Below are positions 15,180 to 16,614 of a stretch of DNA of 16,614 nt, in pieces. How positions within the stretch are numbered: the first letter of the stretch is position 1; every line of letters begins with the position of its first letter. Below the pieces are notes generated by a model. The model saw nothing but the letters and a program-made list of their open reading frames with translations, was not told where the DNA came from and searched no databases. The stretch lies in the NCBI GenBank assembly GCA_033762115.1, contig JANRLX010000040.1, positions 1 to 16,614 on the forward strand, in the 5' to 3' direction. The position numbers and the translations under genes are program-made. This stretch comes from Verrucomicrobiota bacterium. Lineage in GTDB: Bacteria > Verrucomicrobiota > Verrucomicrobiia > Limisphaerales > SXQI01.

Positions 15180-16614
15180 ATGAAGGAGCCAAATAATCGT
15201 CCGCCGCAGGAACAGGGAGAAGAGGTCGCCCATTATGATGACGCCGTCATTGGCCGCGCCTTTCGGCTTTCCGCTGTCGCCGCCGTTGCGGTGCTCCTTA
15301 TTGCCGGGGTCACCATTTACCTGGTCAAAAAAAAGCCCGCTGCCGCCCCCGCCAAAGTCACTGAAATCAGCGCCCCGGTCGTTGCTCAACGAACCGCCGC
15401 CCAGGAAATTCCAGTCACCCCGTTCAGGGAGATCACCAGCGAAGCGGGAATTTCGTTCGTTCATAACAGCGGTGCCATCGGTGAAAAACTTCTCCCGGAA
15501 ACAATGGGCGGCGGAGTCACCGTCATCGATTTCAACCATGATGGCGCACAGGACCTCCTTTTTATTAATGGAAATTACTGGCCCGGCAAAGCCCCTCCCG
15601 GCAAACAACCCACCACCTCTGTTTTATACCAGAATGACGGCAGGGGGAAATTTTCCGATGTCACCTCCGGCTCCGGCCTCGATCTTCCCATTTACGGGAT
15701 GGGCGCTGCCGTGGGTGATTTTGATAACGACGGAAACAATGATCTTTTTTTCACCGCGGTCGGTGGTAACAAACTATTTCGCAACCTCGGCAATGGGAAA
15801 TTTCATGATGTCACAGCCGCCGCAAAAGTCGGCGGGACCACCAACGATTGGAGCACAGCCGCCGCTTTCATTGACATCGACAACGATGGCGACCTTGACC
15901 TCTTTGTCGGGAACTATGTTCGTTGGTCTCGCGAAATTGATTTTGAAGTCGGCTACAAACTGGTCGGCGTCGGGCGCGCCTACGGACAACCCAACAATTT
16001 CGAAGGTGCCCATCCCTACCTTTACCGGAACGATGGAAACGGGACCTTCACTGATATCTCCGCAGAAAGCGGCGTGCAGGTAAAAAATGTGCTCGGTGGC
16101 CCCAGCGCAAAAACCCTCGGCGTCGCCCCAATCGATGTGGACCAGGATGGCTGGATCGATCTCATCGTCGCCAACGACACCGTCCCAAACGGTTTCTTCC
16201 ATAACCAAAAAAATGGCACCTTCAAGGAGATCGGCGGGATTTCCGGCGTGGCTTTCGATAATTACGGCGCCACTCGCGGTGCCATGGGAATTGACGCCGG
16301 TTATTTCCGCAACGACCGCTCGCTTGGGATTGTCATCGGGAATTTCGCCAACGAAATGACCGCCCTTTATGTCCTGCAGGACCAGCCCCTCACCTTCACG
16401 GACGAAGCCATCACTGAAGGGATCGGGCCGGCCAGTCGCCTCCTCCTGAAATTCGGGATCTTCTTTTTTGATTACGACCTTGATGGCCGACTCGACGTGT
16501 TAAGCTGCAATGGCCACCTCGAGGAGGAAATCAGCAAAGTCCAGAAATCCCAAAACTATAAACAGCCTTCTCAGTTGTTTTGGAACGCCGGGGACTCCTC
16601 ACCCGCCAGTTTTA
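15180..16614 (+). CDS. CRTAC1-family (ASPIC/UnbV-type) FG-GAP repeat protein with N-terminal membrane anchor; truncated by window end
   Basis: Not in the ORF track. Manual translation from ATG 15180: MKEPNN...RAFRLSAVAAVAVLLIAGVTIYLVKKK...FREITSEAGISFVH...LPETMGGGVTVIDFNHDGAQDLLFING...GMGAAVGDFDNDGNNDLF...DIDNDGDLDLFVGNY...DVDQDGWIDLIVAND...DYDLDGRLDVLSCNGH. Open to the window end. Confidence 0.92.
   Translation, partial: MKEPNNRPPQEQGEEVAHYDDAVIGRAFRLSAVAAVAVLLIAGVTIYLVKKKPAAAPAKVTEISAPVVAQRTAAQEIPVTPFREITSEAGISFVHNSGAIGEKLLPETMGGGVTVIDFNHDGAQDLLFINGNYWPGKAPPGKQPTTSVLYQNDGRGKFSDVTSGSGLDLPIYGMGAAVGDFDNDGNNDLFFTAVGGNKLFRNLGNGKFHDVTAAAKVGGTTNDWSTAAAFIDIDNDGDLDLFVGNYVRWSREIDFEVGYKLVGVGRAYGQPNNFEGAHPYLYRNDGNGTFTDISAESGVQVKNVLGGPSAKTLGVAPIDVDQDGWIDLIVANDTVPNGFFHNQKNGTFKEIGGISGVAFDNYGATRGAMGIDAGYFRNDRSLGIVIGNFANEMTALYVLQDQPLTFTDEAITEGIGPASRLLLKFGIFFFDYDLDGRLDVLSCNGHLEEEISKVQKSQNYKQPSQLFWNAGDSSPASF

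Noticed and set aside
15235..16083. 282-aa Pro/Ser-rich ORF, and 16087..16359, in the ORF track
   Set aside because: Off-frame shadows of the CRTAC1-family gene starting at 15180, which has clear FG-GAP motifs.

Overview
Gene-dense bacterial window with no RNA genes, CRISPR arrays or mobile elements recognised. Gene content and protein style suggest Verrucomicrobiota or another PVC lineage (inference). Left to right: the 5' end of a Ycf46-like AAA ATPase (minus, runs off the window); a divergent three-gene partial ebo cluster (88-aa hypothetical, eboB-like TatD hydrolase, eboE); a 1337-aa secreted Calx-beta/delta-60-repeat surface protein with its own sigma70-like promoter; a minus-strand block (secreted ~715-aa hypothetical, PaaI thioesterase, membrane-fused spermidine-synthase-like SAM enzyme, small orphan ORF); a divergent LapA/DUF1049-like membrane protein plus PduO-type corrinoid adenosyltransferase; and a 937-aa protein combining a 5-TM putative di-heme b domain, five CxxCH heme-c motifs and TPRs, followed 1 nt later by a membrane-anchored CRTAC1/ASPIC-UnbV FG-GAP protein that runs off the window. 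The first and last genes are missing from the supplied ORF track. The best candidate for an undescribed system is the cytochrome b/c-TPR plus CRTAC1 pair. Also notable are the strong Thr-Asn dipeptide bias and the T11 tract in the surface-protein gene.
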